Below, piece after piece: positions 1-13,184 of a stretch of 64,000 nt of DNA. This DNA comes from Phyllosticta citribraziliensis. Taxonomy: Eukaryota. The position numbers and the translations under genes were made by a program. The notes below the pieces were generated by a model, which made no database searches, was not told the origin of the DNA, and saw nothing but the letters and a program-made list of their open reading frames with translations. How positions within the stretch are numbered: the first letter of the stretch is position 1; every line of letters starts with the position of its first letter. The stretch spans positions 1,488,001 to 1,552,000 of the forward strand of contig NW_027117347.1 of NCBI RefSeq assembly GCF_038025025.1, given 5' to 3'.

Positions 1-606
1 ACGAATCGATTTCGGCCATGGAGACGAGGCGACAGAGGTGAGCAATGTGCCTAGGCTCAGATTGCAGCAGAAACAAGAGATTTCCGTACTTCTGAGTCTG
101 GTCATCATTAGGAAAGAAGCCTTCCTGAATTTCTGCAGACTCATCAAGGTGGCTAGCAACTTCGTTTTGCTGCGGCTTTGTTAGCATGGCTCAGGGTCCG
201 CAGGGGCAGAGGCGCTCACCTCCTCCAAAGCCATCCGGTTCTGAATCAGAAGTGCTATCCGCGAGTCCAAATATCTGACGTCCTTTTCCAAAACAAAGTT
301 CTTTTTTGATTGTGCTGAGATGCGCGACTTGAGTTCGCGCAGGTTTTTCTGAGCTGCGCCGCGTCAGTGCCGAACAATGATGGAGGATGCGAGTCAAATA
401 CCTCTGGCCAAGTCGTCTTCGATTTCCAGGTCCTTCTCCTTGGCGGACATGGAAAGATACAGGGCCGTGACCGAGTATCGCTTGGATTGGCGCATGGAGC
501 GCGAGCCATCGTGTGAGGACATGGTGTTTTGCCTGGAAACGGGAATGTACGAAGAGGATGAGGAGGTGGAGGCCCGCGATGGAGCATGCAGCATGGCTAT
601 GGACAT
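1..606 (-). CDS. gapA: Ras GTPase-activating protein (S. pombe Gap1/Sar1, A. nidulans GapA type); 5' part only, runs off the window start
   Basis: Exons 606-402, 353-220 and 169-<1 (GT-AG introns 401-354 and 219-170). Spliced product [14 protein letters not shown]...[63 protein letters not shown]...[31 protein letters not shown] matches the recalled N-terminus of fungal RasGAPs. The start could instead be the second Met at 594. Confidence 0.85.
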
Positions 607-1144
607 TTCTCGGCCAGAGGACGCAACTGGCAAGAATGTTCTGCGCCGGCACGCTGCAATCGAGCGGCGACTCTGATCGATGCCGCAGAGGATGCTTTTG
701 GCCGGGACAGTCAGGTACAGTTGCACGACGCTACTGCAGAAGCGATGATGGCGCTGATTTGTGCGTAGGGCGGCGGACAAAGAAAGCGTCGGGACGGCGG
801 TACACCCTTGGAGCCAGTGCAACGGGCGCTATCGCGGTGTGGTCGATTCCACAGCTTTGTTCTTGACCAAGTTCCGGCGCAGATCAGATCAGGTATCTGA
901 GAGGCTCTTTGTCGGGGTCGGGCGGGCAGGGATGGGTGGATGGATAGCGGTCGAGAGGCGAGGGGTAGGAGATTGGACGAGAGGCGACGAATGACAGCAG
1001 AGGATGGTGAGGCTGTCTGTCTGTCTTGTATGGTGTGGTGTGTGTGGGCGGACGGTGGGAGGGAAACGAATGTGGTTTGCTTTGGGGATCTGCAACGGCC
1101 AAGGGCGAAGTTGGAAGGATGGGTGGCCGGCTGGTTGGCGACGA

Positions 1145-1183
1145 GCAGAGCGGAGCAGAGCAGAGCAGAGCAGAGCAGAGCAG
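1145..1183. repeat. (GCAGA)n pentanucleotide microsatellite
   Basis: gcagagcggagcagagcagagcagagcagagcagagcag. Confidence 0.85.
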
Positions 1184-1441
1184 CGTCGGTGTAGAGTGAC
1201 GAGGTGCGAGAGGGAGGGATTCGTCGCGGCAAGGAGGAGGAGGAGGTGGAGTGGAGTGGAGTGGGATGTGTGGAGGGGGGAGGAGAGATGGTAGGTGGTA
1301 GGGAGCGATAGGTGGTAGGTGGTGGAGGGGACGTTTCAGGAGGAGCTCGTCCTCGCACACGCAGATCGCTGCATACGAGGCCCAAAATTGAATCCGGCAA
1401 GCCCCCGCCCTCCGGCTCAGGCGCAGGCGTGGGCGTGGGTG

Positions 1442-1508
1442 GGCTCAGGCTCAGGCTCCGGCTCAGGCTCAGGCGCAGGCGCAGGCTCAGGCTCAGGCTC
1501 AGGCTCAG
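1442..1508. repeat. (GGCTCA/GGCGCA)n hexanucleotide microsatellite, about 11 units
   Basis: Directly visible tandem repeat; it generates the spurious RLRLRL and GSGSGS ORFs. Confidence 0.9.
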
Positions 1509-2065
1509 GGGCAAGGAATGCTCCAGCGCCGCCGACTACATACATGTTCGGAATACATGTACGTTGTCTACACCATCGTCCACAGCTTCGCCATGTTGGC
1601 GTGCCTCACTTCAGCTCTACTGTAGTCGTCGGTCGAACGCAGAGTCCCTCAGTGGCGGATCCCAGCCTGAGGCACCACTACTGCACACCACTGTAGCTGC
1701 TACACTTTCTGCCCCTGTCAAGTCTCCATTCTTCCTCATCTCCCTTTGCTTCTCTCGCGCATCCGCCGTGCACCGCCTGCTGCACCTCGTGCTGCATCTT
1801 GCATCTTCCTTCCGTTCTTCCCACTATTGACTGACCATCGATGAGACACGCTTCGTCGCGCCGACAAGCTTACCTCGCGCCGACGTCTCGACTCGCCAAC
1901 CATCCCGCTGCACTTGGTTGAAACGTCGCCCTCGTCGGCCCAGCCCGCACTGCTTAGGTTGTCTGCACCAAACACGCGGCTAATGCGGCGCAACCAAAAT
2001 ACCCTCCCTCCACCTTACCCTTCCCAAAACTCAATCGTGCATGCAAAGGGGCACGCGAAGCTGCT

Positions 2066-5026
2066 TCACCCTTTCTCAAACAGAATCGCAATCGCCGCCA
2101 TTAGCGCAAAATATCTGTCCCAGGATCAACCTCTCTCTCATTCCTGTTCCTGTTCCTGTTCCGAAGACTTACGTGCACCCACACGCTACCAATTCTCTCC
2201 AAGACAGCAACCCTCGAACCCGCCCCGACGACGAGGCCACAACCGCCGCCGCTGCAAACGCCGCTACGACAACCACCGCCCTCGTCTGGGAAAATGTCAC
2301 AAGCGGCAGCAGCAGTAGCACCAAGATGCCCCACAAGGCCGAGTATTGGATCCCCTCATCACCACCACCAACACCGCCAGCCCTCATGTTGGCAGCATGC
2401 CGCCGCTGGGCGCCTGACGAGGAATGGGAGCCGCCATGACGTTGGTGAACCCCAAGCGAGACTCTGCCCAGGTCCCTGTGCCGCGCTAGGAACCGCGTCT
2501 CAGCGTCGTCGACGGGAGCGTTTTCTACCATCCACGACTCGTAGGCTGCAATGTCGCTCTTCGCAGCGGGCACCAGCGTCGCACCCAAGTTGGCGTACGC
2601 CGTCACGGCGCTGTCTGTACAAGTTACGGACCAGCCGTTAGCACCCGCCTCGTTGCTTCACCATGGCTCCGGCAACGTCACTCACTATACTGCCCAAGTT
2701 TAACATATACATCGCCAAGCAGCAGCGTCCGTCGCGCGTGCACATCATTGCCGTAGCGGGCCTCGAGTCTGCGCGATGCGGGCGCCGCCATGCCTTGTTG
2801 GTCTCGTAGCGTGCTTTGTTCGGCGATCCATTTGTCCATCTCGCCCAGCTTCTCCTCCATCTCGCTCAGCTCGTCCTGGATGTGCAGCAGAATGCGGTGC
2901 TGAAGGTATTCGAATCTCCGGTACAGCGGCCTCACGTGCCGCTCCGGCGCCCTACCCTTCTCCGCATCATGCTCGTCATCATCACCTGGATGGCCATCTG
3001 GCCCTTCCGCGAGCTTCAGGGCTATCTTTCCATACCCGGCTATCGTCGTCCTGCCAAAATCCGCTAAATCCGCTTGATAGTGCTGCTGCTGGCCAGCGCC
3101 TCCAGAAAAGGCAAAATGCTCGGCCAGGGGTTGGTATTGGCTGTGAGCAGGAGCCCTGCCCGCATAATAGCTCGGTTCTGATGCAGGTACGAGAGCCGGC
3201 CGACCAGGTGGATCCTCATAGCAGCCACCGCGCGCCCCCTGCTGTGTTCTCGAGGAGCTACAATTATAGGGGAACGGGCCAAAGGCACCCTCACCACCGT
3301 CTGTCCTTCGGAAATGCGGTTCGTCCCGCGGCATGGGATGCTCTGGGCTGGTTTGCTTAATGTGTAAACGCAACTGCTCTTCCTGTTCCATCATCTTGTG
3401 CAATCTGGCGTCAGCGCCCGCCATGAGCTGCGGGCTCTGCGCAATCTCGCGAACGAGCCTCTGGATGGCAAGCTCTCGCTCTCTGTCTTCGTCGTCCTGC
3501 ATCTCTTGGGGTGTTTCCAATTCGCCAGACGTTGTCGCTATCTTGTTTCTATCCCCTGTGTTTGGACCGCTCCCTCGCAAAGGAATATCCGAATCCGGAG
3601 AGACACTGTGACGAACCACGGACACCGGTCTCGGAGTCGCCGTCTTTTCGACGGACACGGTGTTGGTAGTTGCAGTCCCTGCCATCAACGCGTGCTTCGA
3701 GGCCGCACGAGCAAACGGCGGGCTTGGCTCCACGACGCCGCGAGCAAGTGGATTACTGGATCGCCCTTGTCGCTTAAGCTGGTCGGCTCCGCCCTCGCCT
3801 GCGAGCTTTGATGACGATGCTTCACGGAGTACCGAGTGCTTGGGACGGCAGCTATCGCTTCCGTCGCCGTCTTTCCTGCTGGGAAGCTGTCGCTTGGTGA
3901 CGGGAGAGCACTCGTACGACTGCTGCGTGACTGTGGAGTTGCTGCCGCTTGAAGTGCTGGTGCTCTCGGACGATTGTGTGAGCTCCGAGAAGACGGACAG
4001 GAGCGACGCGTTCGACTTGGACAAGGCCGGCAACGTGTAAGCTCTGCGGAGCGAAGAGCTGTGTTTGTGGCGGATTCGTGAGGAATCGTCACTAGAACCC
4101 GTCTGCTTCTTCCTCTTGCTGCTGCTCTTGTCCGCAGTGTTCCCAGCAGCGGCGCCAGGTCCGTCGCGGCGGCGTGGAGCTTCTGCAAGGTCACTTCTGC
4201 GCCGGCCTTTGCTTGCGCGCGGTGACGCACCCGCAGACCCGTGGCCGTAGGTGCGCACGTCGGGGAGGCTACTGCTCCTCCCGCTGGCCGAAGCGCCCGC
4301 GCTCAACTGAGCAGCTAACCCTTCCAAGCGGAGCAACAGGCCTCCGTCTGCAAAAGTGCCGGCGTCAGGGTCCGTCGACCCAGATGGTAGCGAGGAGGGC
4401 TTCTGCGTGCGGGGCGCGACGAGGACAGGCGCGGGCACGGGCTCAGATGGTGCTCTCGCTCTCGGGGATCGCGACGAGGATGGCAAAGGCGCTGTGGCTG
4501 CTGCAATTACGGATGCTGCAGACGACGTCGTCCCCGGCCGGGTGTAGTAGCTGACTCGCCGCCGTGTCGATTGTGGTGGTGATCCCGGGTTGGTTTGGTG
4601 GAGGTCGTCGACGTCGTCGTCTCCGCGCTGTGGCGCTACGGCTACCGGCTGCTGATCTTCATTCGGCTTCGTCGTCGATAAACGTCGTCGTTCGCTGCCG
4701 TCAAACCGCCGCGGCGAGCTCGAATTGGAACCACTTCTTCCGCTGCGGCGTGCGTCTACTGGTAAGTCGCCCGAAGCGGCATTGCCATTGTTGTCGTTTG
4801 GGCTGGTTTTGCTTCTACAGACAACATCTTTGCCTGCGTCCAGACCGTTGTCCACGGCTTTAGTACTCGAGAGACTACCATGCCTTTTTTCTGTTGACAC
4901 GTCTCTGCCTCGAGGTTGTTCTCGTCCTACTCCTCTTTCTGCTCTGTCGCGCTGTTCGGCAGTGATGGCTTCACGGCCAGCCTCACTCCCCTCGACACGT
5001 CGCCCGCTCGCACCCGAAGCGTCCAT
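2066..5026 (-). CDS. Fungal DUF6594-like protein: long Ser/Arg-rich disordered N-terminus, C-terminal transmembrane helices
   Basis: Exons 5026-2686, 2614-2173 and 2114-2066 (introns 2685-2615 GTGAGT..GCTAAC..CAG and 2172-2115 GTAAG..CAG). Motif GYGKIALKL...RPLYRRFEYLQHRILLHIQDELSEMEEKL is typical of DUF6594. Hydrophobic C-terminus ending TYFALMAAIAILFEKG*. Confidence 0.75.
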
Positions 5027-7513
5027 TGCGGCAGCGGCAGCATCCTGTCTCGCTAATCAGCAGCCATTCGCCGTGTTGCAAACACACCAACCAGGCGACT
5101 CGCCCAACGCCCTCTTCCAAAAGCGTCATACCAACACCCAATCTCGACCACATCACTAACGCCACGAACACCACGCTTCGCAACTAACCAGCGTCCGTCC
5201 TTACAGGCTAGTCCACATATCTGTCCTGACGACACACGCGCGCGCGCAGTTTCCCCTATCGTCGTTTTCTTTTCTTGTCGTTCCCGCTCAAAGCAGAACG
5301 GAGCCTCGCCGTCCCCTCCCTCCCTCCTTGTCTCGCCTCTCCAATTAGCTCGCTCCCTCTTCATATCTATCCCTCCATGTCCCTTGCCTGCGCATGCCCC
5401 GTCAGCGGGCCGGGCGGGCGGCAGATACCGAGACGCCCGAACCCACGCGTCTACATGCACCCCTCCCCCACCACCGTGCCGAGCAAGCCACGTGGAGCAT
5501 GCCTGTGGGAACGTACTTACGTACATCTGTGGCTCGACGCCTCTATGTACATTGCCTCTGGAATAAGAAGCAGCGGGTGTCCCCAGACGCACGCAGGTAA
5601 GCGGACAAGCGGGTAAGAGAGCAAGGAAGCCACGCGCGTGGACTGAATGAGAGACTTCCCCGAAGAACTGAATGAATGATTGGAGCGTTGCAAAATGCCG
5701 ATGGCAATGCACGACTGACGAGCGCTGACTGCTTGATTGCCTCGCCTTGCCTCGCCGTCCCTCACGCCGCCTTACCCTGCCCATGCCGCTCTCCCCATGG
5801 CGCCGTCATATAGGTAGGTAGGTAGGTAGGTACAAAGTGTAGCACTTACCACTCTCTCTGTTGCTGTCACTGCCGCAAGCGGTTGCCGCGGCCGCGGCTC
5901 GCGCGTGTAGTTGTGCGTTTGCTGTCCGTCTGCGCCTGCGCCTGCGACGTCTGGGGTCCGTGGCGCGGGCATGTTGCGCTTGCGCTGCTGGTTGGTTGGA
6001 TGGATGGATGGTTGGTTGGATGATGCGTGGTGTGGGTTGTTGTGTCGCTCTCTTCCTCTCACTCTTTTTTGTTGTCACTCGTCTCTTTTCTCTCTGTCCT
6101 TTTCTTGTCGTTCCCGGCAGACTCTTCTCGTTGCACCCGATTCGATCCAATCCAATCCAACCCAATCCAAAATAAGCCAGTCCAATTGAATCCCCCGTCG
6201 GCGCAATCAGCCGTGGCAGACGAATCACTTCGCGCCAGCTCTATCCAGGTCGTCCAGTCCAATTTTGCGGGCAACGAGAGCGAGCGAGCGAGCGGCGTGC
6301 AGTGCAGTAACGACGGGAAGCAAAATGGCTGCTTGGCCGTGTGCAAACGGACGGGACGTGCCGTCGGTACGGAGCTTGCTGACTCGGTGGCTGGTTGGCT
6401 GGGCGGGGGAGGCGGCGCGATGGGCGGCGGGCGGCGAGGCTGGACGGTGGTGTATGAGAAGAGCGCGAGAAGAGGAAGAGGCAGATCAGCCGCAGTAGAC
6501 ATGTATGTATTTGTGTATGTACTGTACCTATATCTGTTCAAACTGCCCTGCCCCTCTCTTGTCCTCCCTCCGGGCCTCCTCCGCGGCAGCGAAAGCAGCG
6601 TGGGCTTGGGCGTAGCTGTCTGTGTCACCTACCTTTCGCTATCGGCCTGTTTGGCCAAACATACATATGTATGTAACTGTGGAGCGTGCGCACATACGGC
6701 TACATGTGTGGTACGATGCATTACACGACACATTTACATGCCGAAGTGGTACACCATGTGGTCGATGGTGGTGGCACTGGCTTTGCGTCAGACGTCTGAT
6801 GTGCGTTGAGGCGGCGTGAGCGCTGGGGAAGCATGAGTGAGGTGGGGTTGTTGTGTTGTAGATGAGGGTAGGTTCATTTTTTGTTTTCCATTCTCAACAG
6901 TAGAAGAGGGACATGGAAATCACAGAGCTGCTCTGCTGGCACTTCTCTGTCTAAATACCAAGCGATGCAAGAGGTAGACGGCGCAAGAACATTTGCAGGT
7001 AAGAGTATAAAAAGTTACCCCTCTCACCTCCAGTACCTCGCCCCCTCACCAACGTCGACGCAAGACTTCACGACTTAGGCATTTCAAAGCAAAACACCTC
7101 AATTTCCATTCAAAGAGCCATCCATCGACGACTCACATGCTTTTCTCAAACCCGCTGCCAGAGTCCCTCAATGTCCCACCACCCACCGGATCAAAAACAC
7201 TAAATTACTCTCATTCCCAAGGGCAGCGCTCGCCCGCCCACCCGTCTCAGACATGTTTCTTTTGTTGTCAATGTGGAAAGCAAGGGGTTTGTTTGTCTTG
7301 ATATTGTACAATGTGTGTTCCTCGCTCACGGTCAAGCTACTCCTTACTCTCACTGTTCGACTTAAGTCTATGCTTTTTATTTTTGATCCGCCCGTTTGGC
7401 AGAGCAAGCCACCCTCCGTCCCTCCGTCCCAATTTTCCCTTTCCGATCCCACGTCACCTGGCAACTGCAATTGTATGATGCCCCATGTATCTCCGGCACG
7501 CCTGCCTTCGTCC

Positions 7514-10500
7514 TCAAGAGCTTTCAACGCCGCCCCGCGCCTCAGGCACATCCGCCGCCGCAAAGTCGCCTGTATCCTGCACCTCGCCCATCATCTCCTT
7601 GGCGCCGTGCTCCTCGCACTCGTGCAGCACGCGCTTCCAGCGCAGCTCCTCGCTCTCGTCCTTGACGAACTCGATCGTCGGGAAGTAGTGCTCGTTCTTC
7701 TTCATCGTCGCCACCCACGGCACGTTGTCGAACGTCATGACCTTGAGCCGGAAGTACGTGTTGTCCGGGATCTTCTTGACCTCGTGCAGGAAGGATGCGA
7801 GGTCCGGCGTCGCCACGCCGTTGACGTGGGTTAGGAAGTTGGTCGGCGCGAGCCCGTACGCGTAGGCTGGCGAGCCGCGCATGCGGCCCGAGACGTAGAT
7901 GTCCGAGTGCACTTTGCTGATTTGTTGGCGTACCGCGTGGTGCGGGCGGTGCAGGATGGCGCCGCAGAAGAGGATGGCGCGGTCAGTCTCAAGGTCGGCG
8001 GTGGGAACCGTGGGCACCTTGATGCTGATTTGCTCTTGCTTGCGGATAATAACGGCGTTGAGCAGCTCGTTGTCGTACATGACGTCAAAGTCGGACACAC
8101 GCGTCATGAGCTTACCATTGAAGGACAGCACAATGTCGCCTTCCAGGAGTCCACCTGCGTGATCAGAGTCGACCTTGCGCACCATGAACAGTTGGTGGCG
8201 CTCGGGATCCTCGTGCTCGACGCGCTGGATCCACTCCTCCGAGACTCCCATGATGCGGGCCTTGTCCATTTGCACCGTGTGCATCTCGACGTTGAGGATA
8301 CGCAGCTTTGGCTGAATTCCGGCGCGCAGCTGGCCCAAGATGGGCTCAACCATTGGCGTCGAGAGGCCCAAGTGGTATTCCATGTCTTTTCCGCTGTGAG
8401 CGCTGCGCTCTCCGAGATACGTTAACCAGATCGCCTGAACGGTGCCGTCTTCTGCGATCAGCACGCCACTACCGCACTGTCCGGCCAGGTTGGTGTCTAC
8501 CGTGACAGCATCCAGGTTGATAGCACGGTACCGGGGAGTTGCGGCGCTTGCGGGGATTGCAACCGTAGTAATGTCTGTGACAACCGTCTCAGCTACAACG
8601 GGGCGGAGATTTTGGTTGAAGCCGAAGAAGATGGTCTTGTCGCCCTGCTTGATGAATTTGTTTGACAGTTTTGCCGACTTGACCGGCGCAAGAACCAGCG
8701 AGGGGTCGTACTGGACAATGGCATAGTTTTGAAGCGGATGGAGGAAGACAGGCTTGCCCTCTACCACAATGGAGTCGGCAATCGTGACTTGAATGTCACA
8801 GATGTCATAAGGGACAATGGCGCGGGAGACCAAGACAAGACCCTTCTCGGCATCCACGACCAGTCCATATCCAACCTTTCGGGATCGCGGAAATCCATCG
8901 AGCTTCAACGGCATCGCAGTCGACACGCGTACAAAGCTCCGTACGATGTCCATGGCCTCGGGGTGTTGGGCATGATCCATGCGGATGAAGTTTGCGCGTT
9001 GAGGCTCGCGTGGCTTCGGGGGGATTCTGTCTGCAATTTCGGAGATGTCCCAGAGACCCTTTTCGTCGTCCCGAACCGCGAGGCGCATCTTGTCATGCCA
9101 GTGGCGGTCAATGGTCAAGACGCTCGTGTTGAGGGTGTGGAGGTCGCGGATGTGCTTGTACGTCACAACGACACGACTCCGGTCCGGGATGCTCTTCATG
9201 ACCTCGACAAAGGTGTCGAGATCAGGCGTTTCCTTGTGGTCGATGGATTGGACAAGCCAGCCATAGTCGCTACCCTCGAACCTGAAAGAGCCGGATGCTT
9301 CACAAATGAAGACACCCATGCCCTTGGTTGCAATAGCGTAGAGTCGTGCCTGTTGGTAAGAAAGGTCGTGGAACGAAGCTCCTGCAGCCGTGACAAACCT
9401 GTCTGGAGTGATGGCATGGAGATCTCCCACACCAATCTCGACTTCCATGTCAGCGCCTTGGCGCTGGATCAACAGCTGGACCTTGCCGCCGACATTTTCG
9501 TCCATGATTCCATCTAGTCGGACAAACTGAGAAATGAGTGAGCCGTTGATCTTGATCAGGATGTCACCCTCCTGAAGAAGACCGTCTCCAGGACCCTTTG
9601 GCAGAACAACTTCCGCAACCAACAAGCAAGTCTCCTTGGGGAACTGCTTTCGCATGGCGTCCTCCCAGTTGGCGGTCAAGCCCAACCTCCTACACTCGTC
9701 AAACGGCTTGAGTACCCACTGGGTCTGGATGGTTCCTCGCGTCACGGGCTCGCCTTTTTGAATGCACTGCAGGGCGCGGAGTGGACGGTCAAGGGGAAGG
9801 AAGTAATCTGTTGCCGCTCCGTCGGCACGGCCGCCGGCCTGGAGAGCGACGGCAGAGCCGTCACGGTTGACTACAGGACTGCCAGAACTTCCACCACTAG
9901 CCGATGCTGCAGCCTGGATATAGTTGGTATTGAAGTCGCTGTAGCCCTCGCCATACTCCGGCGCATTGCGATCCAAACGACTGATGACACCAGACAGAAT
10001 GCTGAGCTTTTCTCCGGCATCGTTGCCAACAACCCTGATCTCCTCTCCAACCCGGGCTAGATCCGGCCTCAAATCCAACGCCGAGAGGTCCATGTACTTG
10101 ACAGCCTTGGGGTCATACTGCAAGATGCCGAAATCGTGGACAGGGTCGCGGTAGACTGGGCGAACGTCAACCTCTTCGTGGTTGTCAAAGATGACGTAGC
10201 CCCAGAACGGCCCTGCTCCAACTACGTGTCGGTTCGTAAGAATGTAGCCTTTTGCCGCGTCCACAACGAAGCCAGTCGCTTCACTGGCCAAAGCCGAGTC
10301 CGTGTCAAAAGCGGCGGTTTGACAAAAGTGAATGGAGACGACATTCTTGACCACCTTTTCTATTGTTCGCTGCCATTCGTAGGTTTCGGCGGAAATTCCA
10401 GCAAATGCGACAGAGCGCACGTCGTCCGAGTCGTAGTCAATCTCCATGCCGTTGGGTACGCTCCCGTTGCCGTCGAAGCCGTTCAATGGCGCACCTTCTG

Positions 10501-10624
10501 GCTCAGAGAGTGAGGATTGCTCGTTTTCGGGTTTCCTCTGCTTCATGGGACGGTCGGCGGAGGGGGTGTTGGTAGGTGGCTGCTTGCGTTTGCTGCGGAC
10601 AGCGTCGGGGTTCGTGTGATCCAT
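7514..10624 (-). CDS. NMA111: Pro-apoptotic HtrA-family serine protease Nma111/Ynm3 (tandem protease and PDZ domains)
   Basis: Intronless ORF with catalytic triad motifs TNRHVV, VHDFG and GGSSGSPV and a duplicated protease-PDZ unit. A basic NLS-like segment RSKRK...KQRK follows the strong-context ATG at 10624 (cccaccATGg). An in-frame upstream ATG lies at 10843 (see findings). Confidence 0.93.
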   Translation of the reverse strand: MDHTNPDAVRSKRKQPPTNTPSADRPMKQRKPENEQSSLSEPEGAPLNGFDGNGSVPNGMEIDYDSDDVRSVAFAGISAETYEWQRTIEKVVKNVVSIHFCQTAAFDTDSALASEATGFVVDAAKGYILTNRHVVGAGPFWGYVIFDNHEEVDVRPVYRDPVHDFGILQYDPKAVKYMDLSALDLRPDLARVGEEIRVVGNDAGEKLSILSGVISRLDRNAPEYGEGYSDFNTNYIQAAASASGGSSGSPVVNRDGSAVALQAGGRADGAATDYFLPLDRPLRALQCIQKGEPVTRGTIQTQWVLKPFDECRRLGLTANWEDAMRKQFPKETCLLVAEVVLPKGPGDGLLQEGDILIKINGSLISQFVRLDGIMDENVGGKVQLLIQRQGADMEVEIGVGDLHAITPDRFVTAAGASFHDLSYQQARLYAIATKGMGVFICEASGSFRFEGSDYGWLVQSIDHKETPDLDTFVEVMKSIPDRSRVVVTYKHIRDLHTLNTSVLTIDRHWHDKMRLAVRDDEKGLWDISEIADRIPPKPREPQRANFIRMDHAQHPEAMDIVRSFVRVSTAMPLKLDGFPRSRKVGYGLVVDAEKGLVLVSRAIVPYDICDIQVTIADSIVVEGKPVFLHPLQNYAIVQYDPSLVLAPVKSAKLSNKFIKQGDKTIFFGFNQNLRPVVAETVVTDITTVAIPASAATPRYRAINLDAVTVDTNLAGQCGSGVLIAEDGTVQAIWLTYLGERSAHSGKDMEYHLGLSTPMVEPILGQLRAGIQPKLRILNVEMHTVQMDKARIMGVSEEWIQRVEHEDPERHQLFMVRKVDSDHAGGLLEGDIVLSFNGKLMTRVSDFDVMYDNELLNAVIIRKQEQISIKVPTVPTADLETDRAILFCGAILHRPHHAVRQQISKVHSDIYVSGRMRGSPAYAYGLAPTNFLTHVNGVATPDLASFLHEVKKIPDNTYFRLKVMTFDNVPWVATMKKNEHYFPTIEFVKDESEELRWKRVLHECEEHGAKEMMGEVQDTGDFAAADVPEARGGVESS

Positions 10625-12088
10625 GGTGGGCTTTTGATTCGACAGCCGGTGCGAAACGTGCGCAAAGGGTCGCTGCGAAGTGATTGAGAGCCGTGAATAA
10701 AGATCCGTGAGAGCTGGAAGTGACGACGAGCAGGCTGAAGGGTATCGTGCAAAACGGATTGGGTGGTGTCGCAACGGAGGGCGCGCAAGAGTAGCGGCGG
10801 AGAAGCAACAAATTTGGCGGCTGAGCCAGGGGCCAGCGCGCATCCAGATGAGAGGGGTGTCGGCCGGGGCACCGCGAGGAGAAGGGTAAGGCTGGTGGCA
10901 AGTCGCAGTGGAAAAGGTGTTGTTTGAGAGAGGGTCGCTGAATTTCGAAGGCGCCTCCCGAAGCTGATGCAAGCAGAATATTGGCCCGTGCACATTGTGG
11001 AGCCAAAACTTCAAAAGTATCCATCTTTGTTATACAGCATCAACTCAATTCCTAAGCCTCCCTCGGCGCTATCCATTGCAATATTTCTTCCATATCATTG
11101 ATTACTTCGGCACGTTCAAGCCAGACAAAGAAGTCCCAAGCCCTCGTAATCCTCCAAATCGCCGAGTTGAACAGGATCTTCCCAACTATGACATCAAGGT
11201 ATTCACGCGCGTCCAGTTTCCTCCACAACACAGAAGGGCGCGGAAATCCAAAAGGCGATACACATCTCAGCTACATTTTTGGTGATCCGAGTTGGTTGCT
11301 ACTCCTTGATCATCTATGTGTCGTTTGTCCCAAGTCATTTCAACTTGCTCACAGGAATCGCGAGCACGATCAAATGAATAGCCATGATATTGAATAAAAG
11401 CTCAACCGCCTGTGTATGAAAACTAGGTTTTCCTTGCTATGTTATTTTGCTAGTTGACTCCAAGACCGGCCACTTGGACAGGTGCGCTGAGCGCTGTATC
11501 GTGACCGCGGTTTTCCAGTCTACGAATCCAATCAGTAATTACAAACAAGGGCGTCGAAGCATTGTAGATTGAGGGAAGTGAGACTAGAGAGAAAGTAATT
11601 GTGAAGCTGGAGATGGGCTGTTCTAGACCCGTAGCTTGTATTGGCCTGCATTAGATTTCTCCACGACAAATCTGTTCACCACTGAGCTCGAGTGCAAAGT
11701 GGCAGCCAAGGTAATGGTCGACCATTCCCGATTCATCCCACCAAGACTAAATCGTCGTGGGTGGCTCCGATGAATATTCCCTCCAACCACTTCTGAGCGC
11801 CCTGCGTGGCTTCCTTCTCAATCTCCTCCATGGGCCGTCTATACCGACAACTTATTCACCATGCAGTAATGTCCTTGAATCTGTCGGGTGGTGAGTGAAA
11901 AGGTTCCGTGTCGCTCATTGCTTATTTCCGCCAGATTTTTGAGCCAGAGCGTGTCATTCCCACTGTCGGAAGGAATTGTACCCGAGAGGCTTCAAGGATG
12001 GTGGCCAGTTGGAAATGCATCTGTCGTCAGACAACCCGGACGAGAAGTCGGCGATGAAGTTTGAAGAGTCTTTGGAGGATTGGGGGCT

Positions 12089-12703
12089 TCAAGTGGCATC
12101 GTGCTGCTTCTTTTCTCCGTTCGAGTCGAAACCCAGATTGTCCAACTGTCGAATCAACTCGTTGATCTTGATGACCTTCTCAAACTGCTCCGGGAGGAGG
12201 GCATCGCCTTTCTCTTTCTTGTCTTTGAGCTCGCGGGCCTGGCGCAGCTTCTTAGTGAGCTTCTTGGCCTCCTTCTCATCCTCGGCCTCGGGGTCTTTGG
12301 GGGCCCCAGCTTCAGTAGACTTGGAAGCAGCCTTCTCCGTAGTCTCGTCCTTCTGCTCGGTAGCTTCCTTGCCATTGGCTTCGTCCGCAGGAGTTCCAGT
12401 GGCTGCGGCCTTCTTCCGAGCCTCCCTTCTCTTTGCATTCTTGTTGGCGCTAGAACTCGAAGTCTGGGGCTTTGGCACAATGGACTCGGCCCCTGGCACA
12501 CCACCCTTGCCTCTGTTTTTCCATGCTTCGGCAGTCCTGCTCTTGTAAAGCTCTACGTCTTCAGGAGGGCGGTAGCCTGGGCGGATGCGTATTTCTTTGC
12601 GAACCGAGCCGTCGGCGCGCGTGGAAGATGGAATGTGTCGCTCGCCGTCTGGCGAGATGACTGCGCCAGAATTGGCGGCTTTAGGGTTTGGCTCCGTTGG
12701 CAT
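12089..12703 (-). CDS. PYM1: PYM/WIBG, partner of Y14-Mago (exon junction complex recycling factor)
   Basis: Mago-binding motif RHIPSSTRADGSVRKEIRIRPGYRPPEDVELY and C-terminal KKLRQARELK...LLPEQFEKV. Confidence 0.88.
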   Translation of the reverse strand: MPTEPNPKAANSGAVISPDGERHIPSSTRADGSVRKEIRIRPGYRPPEDVELYKSRTAEAWKNRGKGGVPGAESIVPKPQTSSSSANKNAKRREARKKAAATGTPADEANGKEATEQKDETTEKAASKSTEAGAPKDPEAEDEKEAKKLTKKLRQARELKDKKEKGDALLPEQFEKVIKINELIRQLDNLGFDSNGEKKQHDAT

Positions 12704-13184
12704 GGTGTGAGGGAGTGGAAAGATCGGACTCGGTCGGAAGAGAGGTGAGTAGTTGTAGGTGAGGAGATGGCAGTTGATGAACCCAAGAGGTGATATATAT
12801 TGTTGAGCTGGCAGCGGATGCCGAGACCAGCGCGGCCAAGGTTATGCAAAAAGTTGCGGGAGGGCCCGTCGTTTATGAGACGGCGACCTGTGAGAGCGAC
12901 AAATGGCGCGTTGGAGGGGGGCAGTTTGACAGCCCGCCGACTCACCGGAGCTTCCTGGACCAATGGCTCGCGACGCGAGAAAAGTGATGTCCCGTGTTGC
13001 ACCCCAGCTTTGCCTACAGAGCTGGCCACGATATTCGATCAAGCAAATCGCTTCCTCCCGATTCGCTCCCGGGGCCAGGACAACTCCCGGCGCGCCGACA
13101 TCCTCGACCTTCGACTTCACCCCCAGCAGCACACCAACCCACGGATCTTGTTCAACCTCGGCGTCCTTCGCTCCCGCAGTCAAA

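Noticed and set aside
711..1830. Long ORFs containing RLRLRL, SLSLSL or GSGSGS runs
   Set aside because: Products of hexamer and pentamer microsatellites in GC-rich non-coding DNA.
10844..11014. ORF-track start of NMA111 at 11014
   Set aside because: It is a TTG start with no supporting protein features; the plausible AUGs are 10843 and 10624.
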